Below, piece after piece: positions 44,498 through 51,781 of a stretch of DNA of 51,781 nucleotides (position 1 is its first letter; the number at the start of each line of letters is the position of its first letter). Made by a program: the position numbers and the translations under genes. The stretch covers positions 1-51,781 of the forward strand of contig CAJONJ010000044.1 in the NCBI GenBank assembly GCA_905236005.1, given 5' to 3'. Source of the DNA: an uncultured Alphaproteobacteria bacterium (lineage in GTDB: Bacteria; Pseudomonadota; Alphaproteobacteria; Rs-D84). The notes beneath the pieces are model-generated. The model did no database searches. It saw only the letters and a program-made list of their open reading frames with translations, and was not told where the DNA came from.

Positions 44498-45751
44498 ATG
44501 AAAAAAGTTGTTATTACAGGTATGGGCATTGTTTGTCCGGTTGGTACAGGAATTGATTTTGCCTGGAAAAATATATTAAACGGAAAAAGTGGTATTCGTA
44601 AAATTACTGAATTTGATACGACTGAAATAGCTTCTAAGATTGCGGGTGTTCCTGTTTATGGTAAAGAACCTGGGGAATTTAATCCTGACACAGTGATTGA
44701 ACCCAAAGAACAACGTAAAATGGAAAAAAATATTTGGTACGGATTGACTGCCGCACACGAAGCAATAACAGATGCAGGTTTATTAGAATATGATGGTGAT
44801 AAATATCGTGTTGGTGTATCAGTTGGCAGTGGTGTTGGCGGATTATCAACGATTGCTGATACATACAAAGATATTCTAGAAAGTGGAACAACCAGATTTG
44901 TTAGCCCATTTTTTGTTCCAAAAGCAATTATAAATATGACTGCGGGTTATATTTCCATTAAATATGGTTTTGGTGGTCCGAATATTGCGATGGCTACTGC
45001 GTGTGCGACTGGTTCGCATGCAATTGCAGAAGGTGCAGCAATTATTGAACGTGGTGATGCAGATATCATGATTTGTGGCGGAACAGAAGCAGCAGTTTGT
45101 TCTTTGGGTATGATTGGATTTTCTGCTTTGCGTGCATTAAGTACCAGAAACGATGACCCAGAACATGCTTCACGTCCATGGGATCAAGACAGAGATGGTT
45201 TTGTTTTGGGCGAAGGTGCTGGTATTTTAGTATTGGAAGAATACGAACATGCTAAGGCTCGTGGTGCAAAGATATATGCAGAGGTTGCGGGTTTTGGTAT
45301 GACTGCTGATGCACATCATATTACAGCCCCAGCGCCAAATGGCGAAGGTGGTAAACGTGCAATGCAGATTGCTTTGGACAAAGCAGGATTGAAGCCGTCA
45401 GACATAGACTATATCAATGCACATGGAACATCTACTGGTTTGGGTGATGTTGGTGAATTGGTTGCTGTCAAAGATTTATTCCAAGGAACAAATGTATGCA
45501 TGTCTTCTACTAAATCTATGACTGGACATTTATTGGGGGCAGCTGGTGCAATAGAAGCAATATTCTGTGCTTTGGCGATTCGTGATAATATTGTGCCACC
45601 AACAATGAATCTGGAAAATCCAATACCAGAAGTTGGTGATTTCAATTTGGTGCCGAATAAATCACAACAAAAAACAGTTGATGCAGCATTAAGTAATTCG
45701 TTCGGTTTTGGTGGAACAAATGCCAGTTTGATTTTAAAACGTGTCAAATAA
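44498..45751 (+). CDS. fabF: 3-oxoacyl-ACP synthase II
   Basis: Start trimmed to MKKVVITGMG; active-site Cys in ATACATGSHAI, His motifs in INAHGTSTG and TKSMTGHLLGAAG. Confidence 0.95.
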   Translation: MKKVVITGMGIVCPVGTGIDFAWKNILNGKSGIRKITEFDTTEIASKIAGVPVYGKEPGEFNPDTVIEPKEQRKMEKNIWYGLTAAHEAITDAGLLEYDGDKYRVGVSVGSGVGGLSTIADTYKDILESGTTRFVSPFFVPKAIINMTAGYISIKYGFGGPNIAMATACATGSHAIAEGAAIIERGDADIMICGGTEAAVCSLGMIGFSALRALSTRNDDPEHASRPWDQDRDGFVLGEGAGILVLEEYEHAKARGAKIYAEVAGFGMTADAHHITAPAPNGEGGKRAMQIALDKAGLKPSDIDYINAHGTSTGLGDVGELVAVKDLFQGTNVCMSSTKSMTGHLLGAAGAIEAIFCALAIRDNIVPPTMNLENPIPEVGDFNLVPNKSQQKTVDAALSNSFGFGGTNASLILKRVK

Positions 45752-45775
45752 TAAAGTTTTGACAAATAAAAAATC

Positions 45776-46135
45776 TTGATGCAAAATCAAGCCACGAACA
45801 AAAGGTTGTATATGACATACCAAGAATTATTTGCCGCAATACAAAATCCAGCAAATACTGTTGTAAAGCATGGTATCAAAATGATGGGTGGTGTTGAAAA
45901 TATACAATATTCATTACGTGACAACAAAGGCAAAATATTGTTTTATGTTCGGGGGTCAGAGCTGGGAATGTCTGCACCGGCATGGATAGAAAATGTAATT
46001 TGTGTTGGTGGTCAAAAACAACATTTTTCTTTGGAACAAATTGCAGATGTTTTTAATGCGTTGTCCAAGAAATATGATACAGCAGAACAAAAACCAGAAA
46101 TTGTTTTGCCGAATTTTATACAAAACGTAAAATAG
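45776..46135 (+). CDS. Hypothetical protein
   Basis: 119-aa ORF between fabF and tRNA-Pro; no recognisable motif; start uncertain. Confidence 0.4.
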   Translation: MMQNQATNKRLYMTYQELFAAIQNPANTVVKHGIKMMGGVENIQYSLRDNKGKILFYVRGSELGMSAPAWIENVICVGGQKQHFSLEQIADVFNALSKKYDTAEQKPEIVLPNFIQNVK

Positions 46136-46140
46136 TTTTG

Positions 46141-46217
<77 letters not shown>

Positions 46218-46225
46218 AACAATTT

Positions 46226-46250
46226 AAATCGGTAAAAATGCCGATTTTTT
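46226..46250 (+). terminator. Hairpin plus T-run after tRNA-Pro
   Basis: aaatcgg taaaaatg ccgattt followed by ttttt. Confidence 0.6.
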
Positions 46251-46272
46251 ATTTTGAATCAATCCAGAAATA

Positions 46273-46281
46273 TGATAAAAT
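46273..46281 (+). promoter_or_regulatory. Extended -10-like element TGATAAAAT
   Basis: TGnTAAAAT 33 nt upstream of the 46314 start. Confidence 0.4.
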
Positions 46282-46313
46282 ATTGCACATAAAGGAAAAA
46301 GAAAGGAAACAAA

Positions 46314-47363
46314 ATGAAATCACCAATTATTGCAATTATTCCAGCATTTATACTGGGGTTGGTCAGTTTTCCAGCGAATGCGACTGTGTATGATTTGGAC
46401 ACAGCAATCAGCAAAGTTCGTGAAAATTGTTCGGGGTTGGAATCTAAGATGGATCATCTGAAAATGATGGCTGGTATAAACACAGGTATTAATGCGGTTG
46501 GAACGGTTGCTGGTGGTGTTGCGTTGGGAACCGGTATCGTAAAAGCACAAAAAGACGCAAAAAGTCTGGCTTTAACAAAATTGATAGCCGTAAAATTAGG
46601 AGAATTAAAGATAGATAACAAGTCGACACTAAAATTGGAAGATGCGGATACATCTAAAAAACAAGAGGATTTTATAAACGCATTGCGTGCAAATTATGAA
46701 AAATATACAGAAAAAGGGGATTTTAAACTAGATGAAGATACTTTGTATGGTGTTTTCAGCCCGGGTAGTGGGGTTGTATCGTTTACGGCTGCCACAACGG
46801 GGAAAATTGATTTAAAAGCTGAAAAGGCAAAGGTTGATAAAGAATCCAAGATGTTGGGTAATGTTCGGACTGGATTATTGGCAACAAATGCTGTGACCCA
46901 GGTGGCTGGTGCTGTGATTTCCAGTCAAAACAAAGCAAAGGGTAATTTAAAAGAACAAATAGATAGATGTATAGCGGCAACTGACGATTTAAAAGACAGT
47001 ATGATGCAGGCACGTATTGAAAACCAAGACACAACCCAGGCAAAACAAATTTTGGATGCTTGTGGTGAATACAGATATGCAGATTTATCAAAAATAAATA
47101 ATTTGGCAACAGGTGCAACCGTTTCATCCAGTATTGGTGCAGCCAGTGCTGGTGTTGGAACAGTAACCAGTGCAATGGCAAACACAGATGCAACACGTCA
47201 TGGCAAAGTATCAACTGAACAGGGTTTAAATACAGCGTCTAATGTGTTGTCTGGTGTTTCTACTGCAACGTCAGCAGTATCCACAATATTAAACGGTGTT
47301 CAAATTGCAACAATCAAAAAAGTTGTATCCACAGCACAAAATTGTGAAAAGGAGTTACAATAA
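46314..47363 (+). CDS. Secreted 4-Cys helical protein with G/A/S/T-rich segments (unknown family, member B)
   Basis: Signal peptide MKSPIIAIIPAFILGLVSFPANA; collinear with 10135-11100 including four conserved Cys; its stop overlaps the next start (TAATG). Confidence 0.7.
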   Translation: MKSPIIAIIPAFILGLVSFPANATVYDLDTAISKVRENCSGLESKMDHLKMMAGINTGINAVGTVAGGVALGTGIVKAQKDAKSLALTKLIAVKLGELKIDNKSTLKLEDADTSKKQEDFINALRANYEKYTEKGDFKLDEDTLYGVFSPGSGVVSFTAATTGKIDLKAEKAKVDKESKMLGNVRTGLLATNAVTQVAGAVISSQNKAKGNLKEQIDRCIAATDDLKDSMMQARIENQDTTQAKQILDACGEYRYADLSKINNLATGATVSSSIGAASAGVGTVTSAMANTDATRHGKVSTEQGLNTASNVLSGVSTATSAVSTILNGVQIATIKKVVSTAQNCEKELQ

Positions 47364-48175
47364 TGAAAAAATATTTAACTACATTTTTATTGTTATGTGT
47401 GGGATTTATCCCGGCATTAGCCAATGCTGGTTCATCTGATATTTGTTACCAATATGCACCAAGTGCAAAACAGGATTTGATTCAGACAGCAACCAAATTT
47501 TTTGTAGATGATGGTGACGAAAAAGCTTTTGACTATTTTTTGGATAAAATGAACGAATCTAAGGCTGTAACAGGAATTCCGGGTATAACATGTGGTCAAA
47601 TTGTAGAGGTGTGTTTGGTTGCTAAATGGTCTGGTGCGAAATGTGAAAATTTTGGTAAGGAATTAATCACATTGTGGAAAAAAACAGCTGATAATAATAC
47701 TCTTAAAACAAAATCAAATACATATCAGGAAGGCGACAAAACAGTAACAGAAGTTGAACATCATTTTGTCATTCGTGAATTTTGGCGTGTGTTTGATGAA
47801 AACGATAATGAAATAGATATTTGTACTATTAATGATGCGCAAACCATTGATATAATAGTTAAAAATTTCAATCATATAGAACCTCGTACAGCGTGGAACA
47901 ATTGGCAAAATTGTTTGACGTCTTTTGGTTATTCGTTTGATGGCGATAAAATAACCAAAAATGTCGCACGTAAAAGTGGAAAAATGGAAGCAACATCTGA
48001 TGTATGTAAAGGTATGAATGAACAAACTATACAACAAATGTGTGATCGTTATAATGAAACAGTCAAGAATAGAAATATAGCAGGTAGTACATACTCATTA
48101 GAATATGGAACATACGGAGAATGTTATGAAGCATATGGGTATTCTTTGAGTGCGTTTGGCTGTAAAAAAAGCTAA
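47363..48175 (+). CDS. Secreted Cys-rich protein of unknown function
   Basis: Signal peptide MKKYLTTFLLLCVGFIPALANA; ten Cys in the mature part; translationally coupled to the upstream gene. Confidence 0.6.
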   Translation: MKKYLTTFLLLCVGFIPALANAGSSDICYQYAPSAKQDLIQTATKFFVDDGDEKAFDYFLDKMNESKAVTGIPGITCGQIVEVCLVAKWSGAKCENFGKELITLWKKTADNNTLKTKSNTYQEGDKTVTEVEHHFVIREFWRVFDENDNEIDICTINDAQTIDIIVKNFNHIEPRTAWNNWQNCLTSFGYSFDGDKITKNVARKSGKMEATSDVCKGMNEQTIQQMCDRYNETVKNRNIAGSTYSLEYGTYGECYEAYGYSLSAFGCKKS

Positions 48176-48203
48176 CTAGTAAAGATGTGTTAATATAGTA
48201 AAT

Positions 48204-48232
48204 AAACCGTCCAGATGGGCGGTTTGTTTTTT
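48204..48232 (+). terminator. Rho-independent terminator
   Basis: aaaccgtcc agat gggcggttt (one G-U pair) followed by gtttttt. Confidence 0.75.
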
Positions 48233-48269
48233 ACAGGATTTTATACTTTTATTTTTTGCATGTTTTTTA

Positions 48270-48278
48270 TGTTATAAT
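48270..48278 (+). promoter_or_regulatory. Extended -10 element TGTTATAAT
   Basis: Exact TGnTATAAT 28 nt upstream of the flavodoxin start. Confidence 0.5.
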
Positions 48279-48305
48279 GCCGTTGTTTAACCAAAGGAGA
48301 TTTAC

Positions 48306-48788
48306 ATGAAAACAGCATTAGTTGCATATTTTTCTGCAACAGGTGTCACAAAAAGAATAGGGGATATGTTGGCTGAATCTGTCGGTGCAAAGGTTTTTGA
48401 AATTATTCCAAAACAAATTTATACTAAAAATGATTTAGATTGGACAAATGAAGACAGCCGTTCATCTCAAGAAATGAAAGACAGAACTTGTCGCCCAAAA
48501 ATTGAATCACGTGTTCGTGATATTAAAAAATACGAAGTCGTATTTATTGGCTTTCCAATTTGGTGGTATCGTGAACCTTCTATCATAGATACTTTTGTTG
48601 AAGAACATGATTTGGAAAATAAAATTATTGTTCCATTTGCTACATCTGGTGGCAGTGGCATAGACGATATTTATAAAAATATTCAAGCATTGGCACCAAA
48701 AGCCAAAGTAGAGAAAGGTAAATTATTTGATGCTGGTGTTTCAACAGAAGAATTACGCAAATGGGCAGAAAGGTATTTAAAAAAATAG
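48306..48788 (+). CDS. Flavodoxin-family protein
   Basis: N-terminal FMN-binding pattern LVAYFSATGVTKRIG and the FIGFPIWWY motif typical of short flavodoxin-like proteins. Confidence 0.82.
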   Translation: MKTALVAYFSATGVTKRIGDMLAESVGAKVFEIIPKQIYTKNDLDWTNEDSRSSQEMKDRTCRPKIESRVRDIKKYEVVFIGFPIWWYREPSIIDTFVEEHDLENKIIVPFATSGGSGIDDIYKNIQALAPKAKVEKGKLFDAGVSTEELRKWAERYLKK

Positions 48789-48806
48789 ATTTTTATTTAA
48801 TTTAAT

Positions 48807-48836
48807 AAACCGCCATCATGGCGGTTTGTTTTTTTG
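48807..48836 (+). terminator. Rho-independent terminator
   Basis: aaaccgcc atcat ggcggttt followed by gttttttt. Confidence 0.8.
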
Positions 48837-48843
48837 TTTGATG

Positions 48844-48852
48844 TGTTATAAT
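48844..48852 (+). promoter_or_regulatory. Extended -10 element TGTTATAAT
   Basis: Exact TGnTATAAT 21 nt upstream of the GTG start at 48873. Confidence 0.5.
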
Positions 48853-48872
48853 GTGATAAAAAGGATGCTTGC

Positions 48873-49349
48873 GTGAAACACACAATTCATTTAATGGTTG
48901 GCTTTATGGGGTTTGGCAAATCAACCATAGCAAAACAATTGGAAAAAGATTTGTCTGCTAAGCGTTTTACACATGATGAAATAATGCGTGAACGATATGG
49001 TAGAAATCCTGATGATTTTCAAACTAAATATAAATTGGTTGATGATTTTATTAAACAGCAAACAGAATTGTGTATTGAAAATAATCAAGATGTTATATTA
49101 GATTATGGTTTTTGGAATCATAAAAAGCGTTTGGAATATTATAATTGGGCAAAAACGTTAACGGATAATGTGTTGTTCCATGTTGTAAGATGTGATATGG
49201 ATATTGCAAAACAACGTGTATTAAATAGAACTAAAAATAATCCAGATGAATTATTTATAGATGAAAATATTTTTGATACGTTATCAAAACAATATGAACC
49301 ATGGTCTGATGTCGATGAATTCCCAGTCGTTTTTCATAATTCTAAATAA
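48873..49349 (+). CDS. Small P-loop ATPase/kinase (AAA_33 or zeta-toxin-like fold)
   Basis: Walker A GFMGFGKST near the N-terminus, 158 aa, GTG start; no partner gene. Confidence 0.68.
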   Translation: MKHTIHLMVGFMGFGKSTIAKQLEKDLSAKRFTHDEIMRERYGRNPDDFQTKYKLVDDFIKQQTELCIENNQDVILDYGFWNHKKRLEYYNWAKTLTDNVLFHVVRCDMDIAKQRVLNRTKNNPDELFIDENIFDTLSKQYEPWSDVDEFPVVFHNSK

Positions 49350-49372
49350 TGTTAGACAATGTTTTTTTACTA

Positions 49373-49381
49373 TGTTATAGT
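49373..49381 (+). promoter_or_regulatory. Extended -10-like element TGTTATAGT upstream of mltG
   Basis: TGnTATAGT 35 nt upstream of the mltG start. Confidence 0.4.
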
Positions 49382-49415
49382 TTTCGCATTAGGTGGGAAA
49401 AAATATATATAAACT

Positions 49416-50435
49416 ATGAAAAAACAACAATGGAAAAATATTAAATCATGGATTAAATTTGCACTGGCAATCGTGTGCGTGATTGTTTTTGTTGTTTTTT
49501 ATATTTTTAATCTTTGGTCGCCATTAAAAAAATCTGTCAGTATTGTTGTGGAACGTGGAACGTCTGTAACAGCTGTGACAAATTATATGGTGCAGAACAG
49601 AATTATTAAATCAGCTGATTTGTTTTATTTTTCTGTGCGATTAAATGGTGGAAAAATTCAAGCTGGTGAATATGATATACCACGTGGTGCTGGTGTTTGG
49701 ACAATTGCAGATATGTTGACGCATGGCAAAGTGGCAACGACCACAATTACTATTCCAGAAGGTTATACAATCAAACAAATAAAATCTATGTTGATGGCGA
49801 CACCGTATTTGTCTGGTGATGTTGCTTGTAATACATCTGCATCAGTATGTGCTTTACAAGACGGAGATGTGTTTCCTGATACTTATCGTGTTGCACGTGG
49901 AACACCACGGTTGGCATTGCTGGATTTAGCACGTAAAAAAATGTTGTCTGTCAAAGAACGTTTGTTCAGATACAAATATCCTGAACCGTTAAAAAATTGG
50001 AACGATGTTTTGGTATTGGCTTCTATTGTGCAAAAAGAAACACCACAAATAAAAGAAATGCCGATTGTCGCCAGTGTATATTTAAATCGTTTGAAAAAGA
50101 ATATGCGACTGCAGGCTGACCCGACTGTGGTTTATGTTTTGACAGATGGTTTTGGTGATATGCGTGGTCAACCACTATTACGTGGACATTTAAAAATAGA
50201 CAGTCCATATAACACATATCGCAATAATGGTTTACCGCCAAAACCAATTGCTAATGTTGGGGTGGATGCGATTCGTGCTGTGTTAAAACCAGCTAATACA
50301 AATTATTTATTTTTTGTAGCTGACGGTCGTGGCGGGCATAATTTTTCAACTGAATATTCTGAACATCAGAAAAATCATAGTGTTTGGCGTGATATAAAAA
50401 AAGAAATAAACGGAATTGTTGATTACAATAAGTAG
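49416..50435 (+). CDS. mltG: Endolytic murein transglycosylase MltG (YceG family)
   Basis: N-terminal TM, then PEGYTIKQI, ASIVQKET, LQADPTVVY and SPYNTYRNNGLPPKPIANVG motifs. Confidence 0.92.
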   Translation: MKKQQWKNIKSWIKFALAIVCVIVFVVFYIFNLWSPLKKSVSIVVERGTSVTAVTNYMVQNRIIKSADLFYFSVRLNGGKIQAGEYDIPRGAGVWTIADMLTHGKVATTTITIPEGYTIKQIKSMLMATPYLSGDVACNTSASVCALQDGDVFPDTYRVARGTPRLALLDLARKKMLSVKERLFRYKYPEPLKNWNDVLVLASIVQKETPQIKEMPIVASVYLNRLKKNMRLQADPTVVYVLTDGFGDMRGQPLLRGHLKIDSPYNTYRNNGLPPKPIANVGVDAIRAVLKPANTNYLFFVADGRGGHNFSTEYSEHQKNHSVWRDIKKEINGIVDYNK

Positions 50436-50583
50436 TGTTTGCGAATCGTAAGTTTTCGCAATTATATCATATTTTTGTGTCGGTTTCAAAAATCTTTTTT
50501 CTTGCAGGTCGGCTATATTTGTGTGATAATATTCTTAACAGGAAAAAATCCTGTGAAGTTTAACTTAATGGAAAGGATATAAT

Positions 50584-51405
50584 ATGAAAAAAATCGCTTT
50601 AACTTCTTTGTTAACAGTTTTCGCAGTTTCTGGTGCACATGCTGCAAACGTGATTGATGGTAATCCATTGTATATGCCAAAGGCAGGTCATTTTTACAGT
50701 GTGACATCTGTTGAGTCTCATACAAAATGGACAGGTGGACAAGAAACACCATGGATGTTGGGTGAAGATTTTGGTTATGGTATTTCTGATAAATTGGCTG
50801 TAGAAATTTCTACAAGTGCAACAGAAAATGATAACTTTGATTATATGTCTTGGGATGATGTTGACTTAGGTTTGACATTCCGTGCTTTGGATGCTGGTTC
50901 ATTCAAATTAGACGTTTTGGGTGCATATGGTGTTGGTAATGTTTGGCCAGATCATGCTCCATTCTTGAAAAAAGAATTGACTGATTATATGTGGATGGCT
51001 GGTTTGCGTGCTGGCTTTACAACTGGTAATTTCACACTTGCTGGTACAGCGGCATATTTGTATGCTAATGCAGAATCTTTCAATTGGGCTGATAAAGGTA
51101 TGCATTATTTAGCATTTGGCTTGGATGCACAATTCGTAATCGACAACAACTGGAATTTGGTTGCTAGTGCTGCATACACAGGTGTTGTGAATGATAAATG
51201 GGCTTGGGACGATGTAGAAGGTGGCGATGTTAAGAATGCTGGTACATGGCACGGTGAATTTGGTGTAAACTATAATATTGATACAACTAAATTCGTTGGT
51301 GTATATGTATCTGGTGATATGAACCACCAAGGTGGAACAAATCATGATGAATGGAAATCAGAAGATGGATTTGGCTTTGGTGCTAAATTCGGTATTGATT
51401 TCTAA
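50584..51405 (+). CDS. Outer-membrane beta-barrel protein (porin-like, unknown family)
   Basis: Signal peptide MKKIALTSLLTVFAVSGAHA, alternating amphipathic strands, C-terminal GAKFGIDF with terminal Phe. Confidence 0.7.
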   Translation: MKKIALTSLLTVFAVSGAHAANVIDGNPLYMPKAGHFYSVTSVESHTKWTGGQETPWMLGEDFGYGISDKLAVEISTSATENDNFDYMSWDDVDLGLTFRALDAGSFKLDVLGAYGVGNVWPDHAPFLKKELTDYMWMAGLRAGFTTGNFTLAGTAAYLYANAESFNWADKGMHYLAFGLDAQFVIDNNWNLVASAAYTGVVNDKWAWDDVEGGDVKNAGTWHGEFGVNYNIDTTKFVGVYVSGDMNHQGGTNHDEWKSEDGFGFGAKFGIDF

Positions 51406-51421
51406 TCAAACTAAACGATAT

Positions 51422-51450
51422 AAAAATCCGGCCAATTGGTCGGATTTTTT
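51422..51450 (+). terminator. Rho-independent terminator
   Basis: aaaaatccggcc aatt ggtcggatttttt. Confidence 0.8.
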
Positions 51451-51567
51451 GTTACTTGATTTTATAACTATTTTATTGTTTTGTCATAATTTTTTCTTTG
51501 TCTAGTTGTTGTTGTTTTAAAATATGGAATTTCAGCGGTTTTTCACAGGTAAAATCCCAGATTTTGC

Positions 51568-51596
51568 TTGACAATTGGTGGGGTGGGGGTTATAGT
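51568..51596 (+). promoter_or_regulatory. Near-consensus sigma70 promoter of the rpsL operon
   Basis: TTGACA (51568-51573), 17-nt spacer, TATAGT (51591-51596). Confidence 0.6.
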
Positions 51597-51744
51597 ATAT
51601 GTGCTTTCCGTGTAAGTAAGGAAGGCAAAAAACACAGAAATCTGCATGTTCGGACAGATTTATAATCACGCAATTGCGTTGAAATAAGTCTGATGGCGGG
51701 TTTCGCATAGTCAAAAAAAGAGAATAAAAACAAAGAGATTTTGA

Positions 51745-51781
51745 ATGCCAACAGTAAATCAACTGATTCGGAAACCACGTA
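51745..51781 (+). CDS. rpsL: 30S ribosomal protein S12, 5-prime fragment (runs off the window)
   Basis: atgccaacagtaaatcaactgattcggaaaccacgt encodes MPTVNQLIRKPR, the conserved S12 N-terminus. Confidence 0.85.
   Translation, partial: MPTVNQLIRKPR

Noticed and set aside
48201-48836. Two look-alike hairpins (aataaaccg...cggtttgtttttt) considered as integron attC sites or a MITE pair
   Set aside because: Each is a simple GC stem followed by a T-run right after a stop codon, and each following gene has its own promoter element. This is ordinary intrinsic terminator behaviour. No integron integrase or core-site motif was seen.
51532-51778. Two minus-strand ORFs (76 and 62 aa) in the rpsL upstream region
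   Set aside because: They overlap a strong plus-strand promoter and leader and even the rpsL start, have no RBS, and have odd composition. They are treated as spurious.

Overview
This is an AT-rich chromosomal segment from a diderm (Gram-negative) bacterium that uses the standard genetic code (TGA serves as a stop, long housekeeping ORFs are intact).

Most of the window is housekeeping:
- tRNA-Phe, gatA/gatC, ruvX, sufB/sufC, rpsT, plsY, dprA, dnaA, dnaJ, parE, pgsA, uvrC
- an RluA-family pseudouridine synthase, an AsmA-like protein, dnaN, ppa, efp, class II fba, tolB, plsC
- ftsE/ftsX, rbfA, lepA, acpP/fabF, tRNA-Pro, mltG, two beta-barrel outer-membrane proteins, and the first codons of rpsL

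The gene set and an ankyrin-repeat ORF fit a host-associated, possibly alphaproteobacterial, lineage. The window alone cannot prove this. I saw no rRNA, CRISPR array, IS element or intact prophage.

Accessory or unusual content, in order of interest:
1. 7.5-13.6 kb: a self-contained five-gene array. A TcpQ/PilL-like protein and a PilN-like lipoprotein secretin are followed by a secreted 4-Cys helical protein and two tandem S1 serine proteases, not by pilus assembly genes. This is my best candidate for an undescribed secretin-based export module.
2. A family of secreted 4-Cys, small-residue-rich helical proteins I do not recognise (10.1 kb, 46.3 kb, possibly 14.6 kb). Each is followed by a different secreted partner, and in the two clear members the genes overlap stop-to-start.
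3. 32.4-33.6 kb: a CopG/BrnA-like ribbon-helix-helix gene with an iterated operator, followed 5 nt later by an unknown 319-aa gene. This looks like a toxin-antitoxin or defence pair.
4. 42.0-44.0 kb: two tandem duplicated Cys-motif small proteins plus a catalytically degenerate P4-type integrase, wedged between lepA and acpP.
5. 45.8-49.4 kb: an islet at tRNA-Pro that splits fabF from mltG.

There are also orphan pilin-like genes (a type IV prepilin-like ORF at 24.3 kb and a VirB2/TrbC-like ORF at 32.0 kb) and a recurrent TGnTATAAT extended -10 promoter motif.

All calls come from reading the translated ORFs and the DNA by eye. No database search was run.
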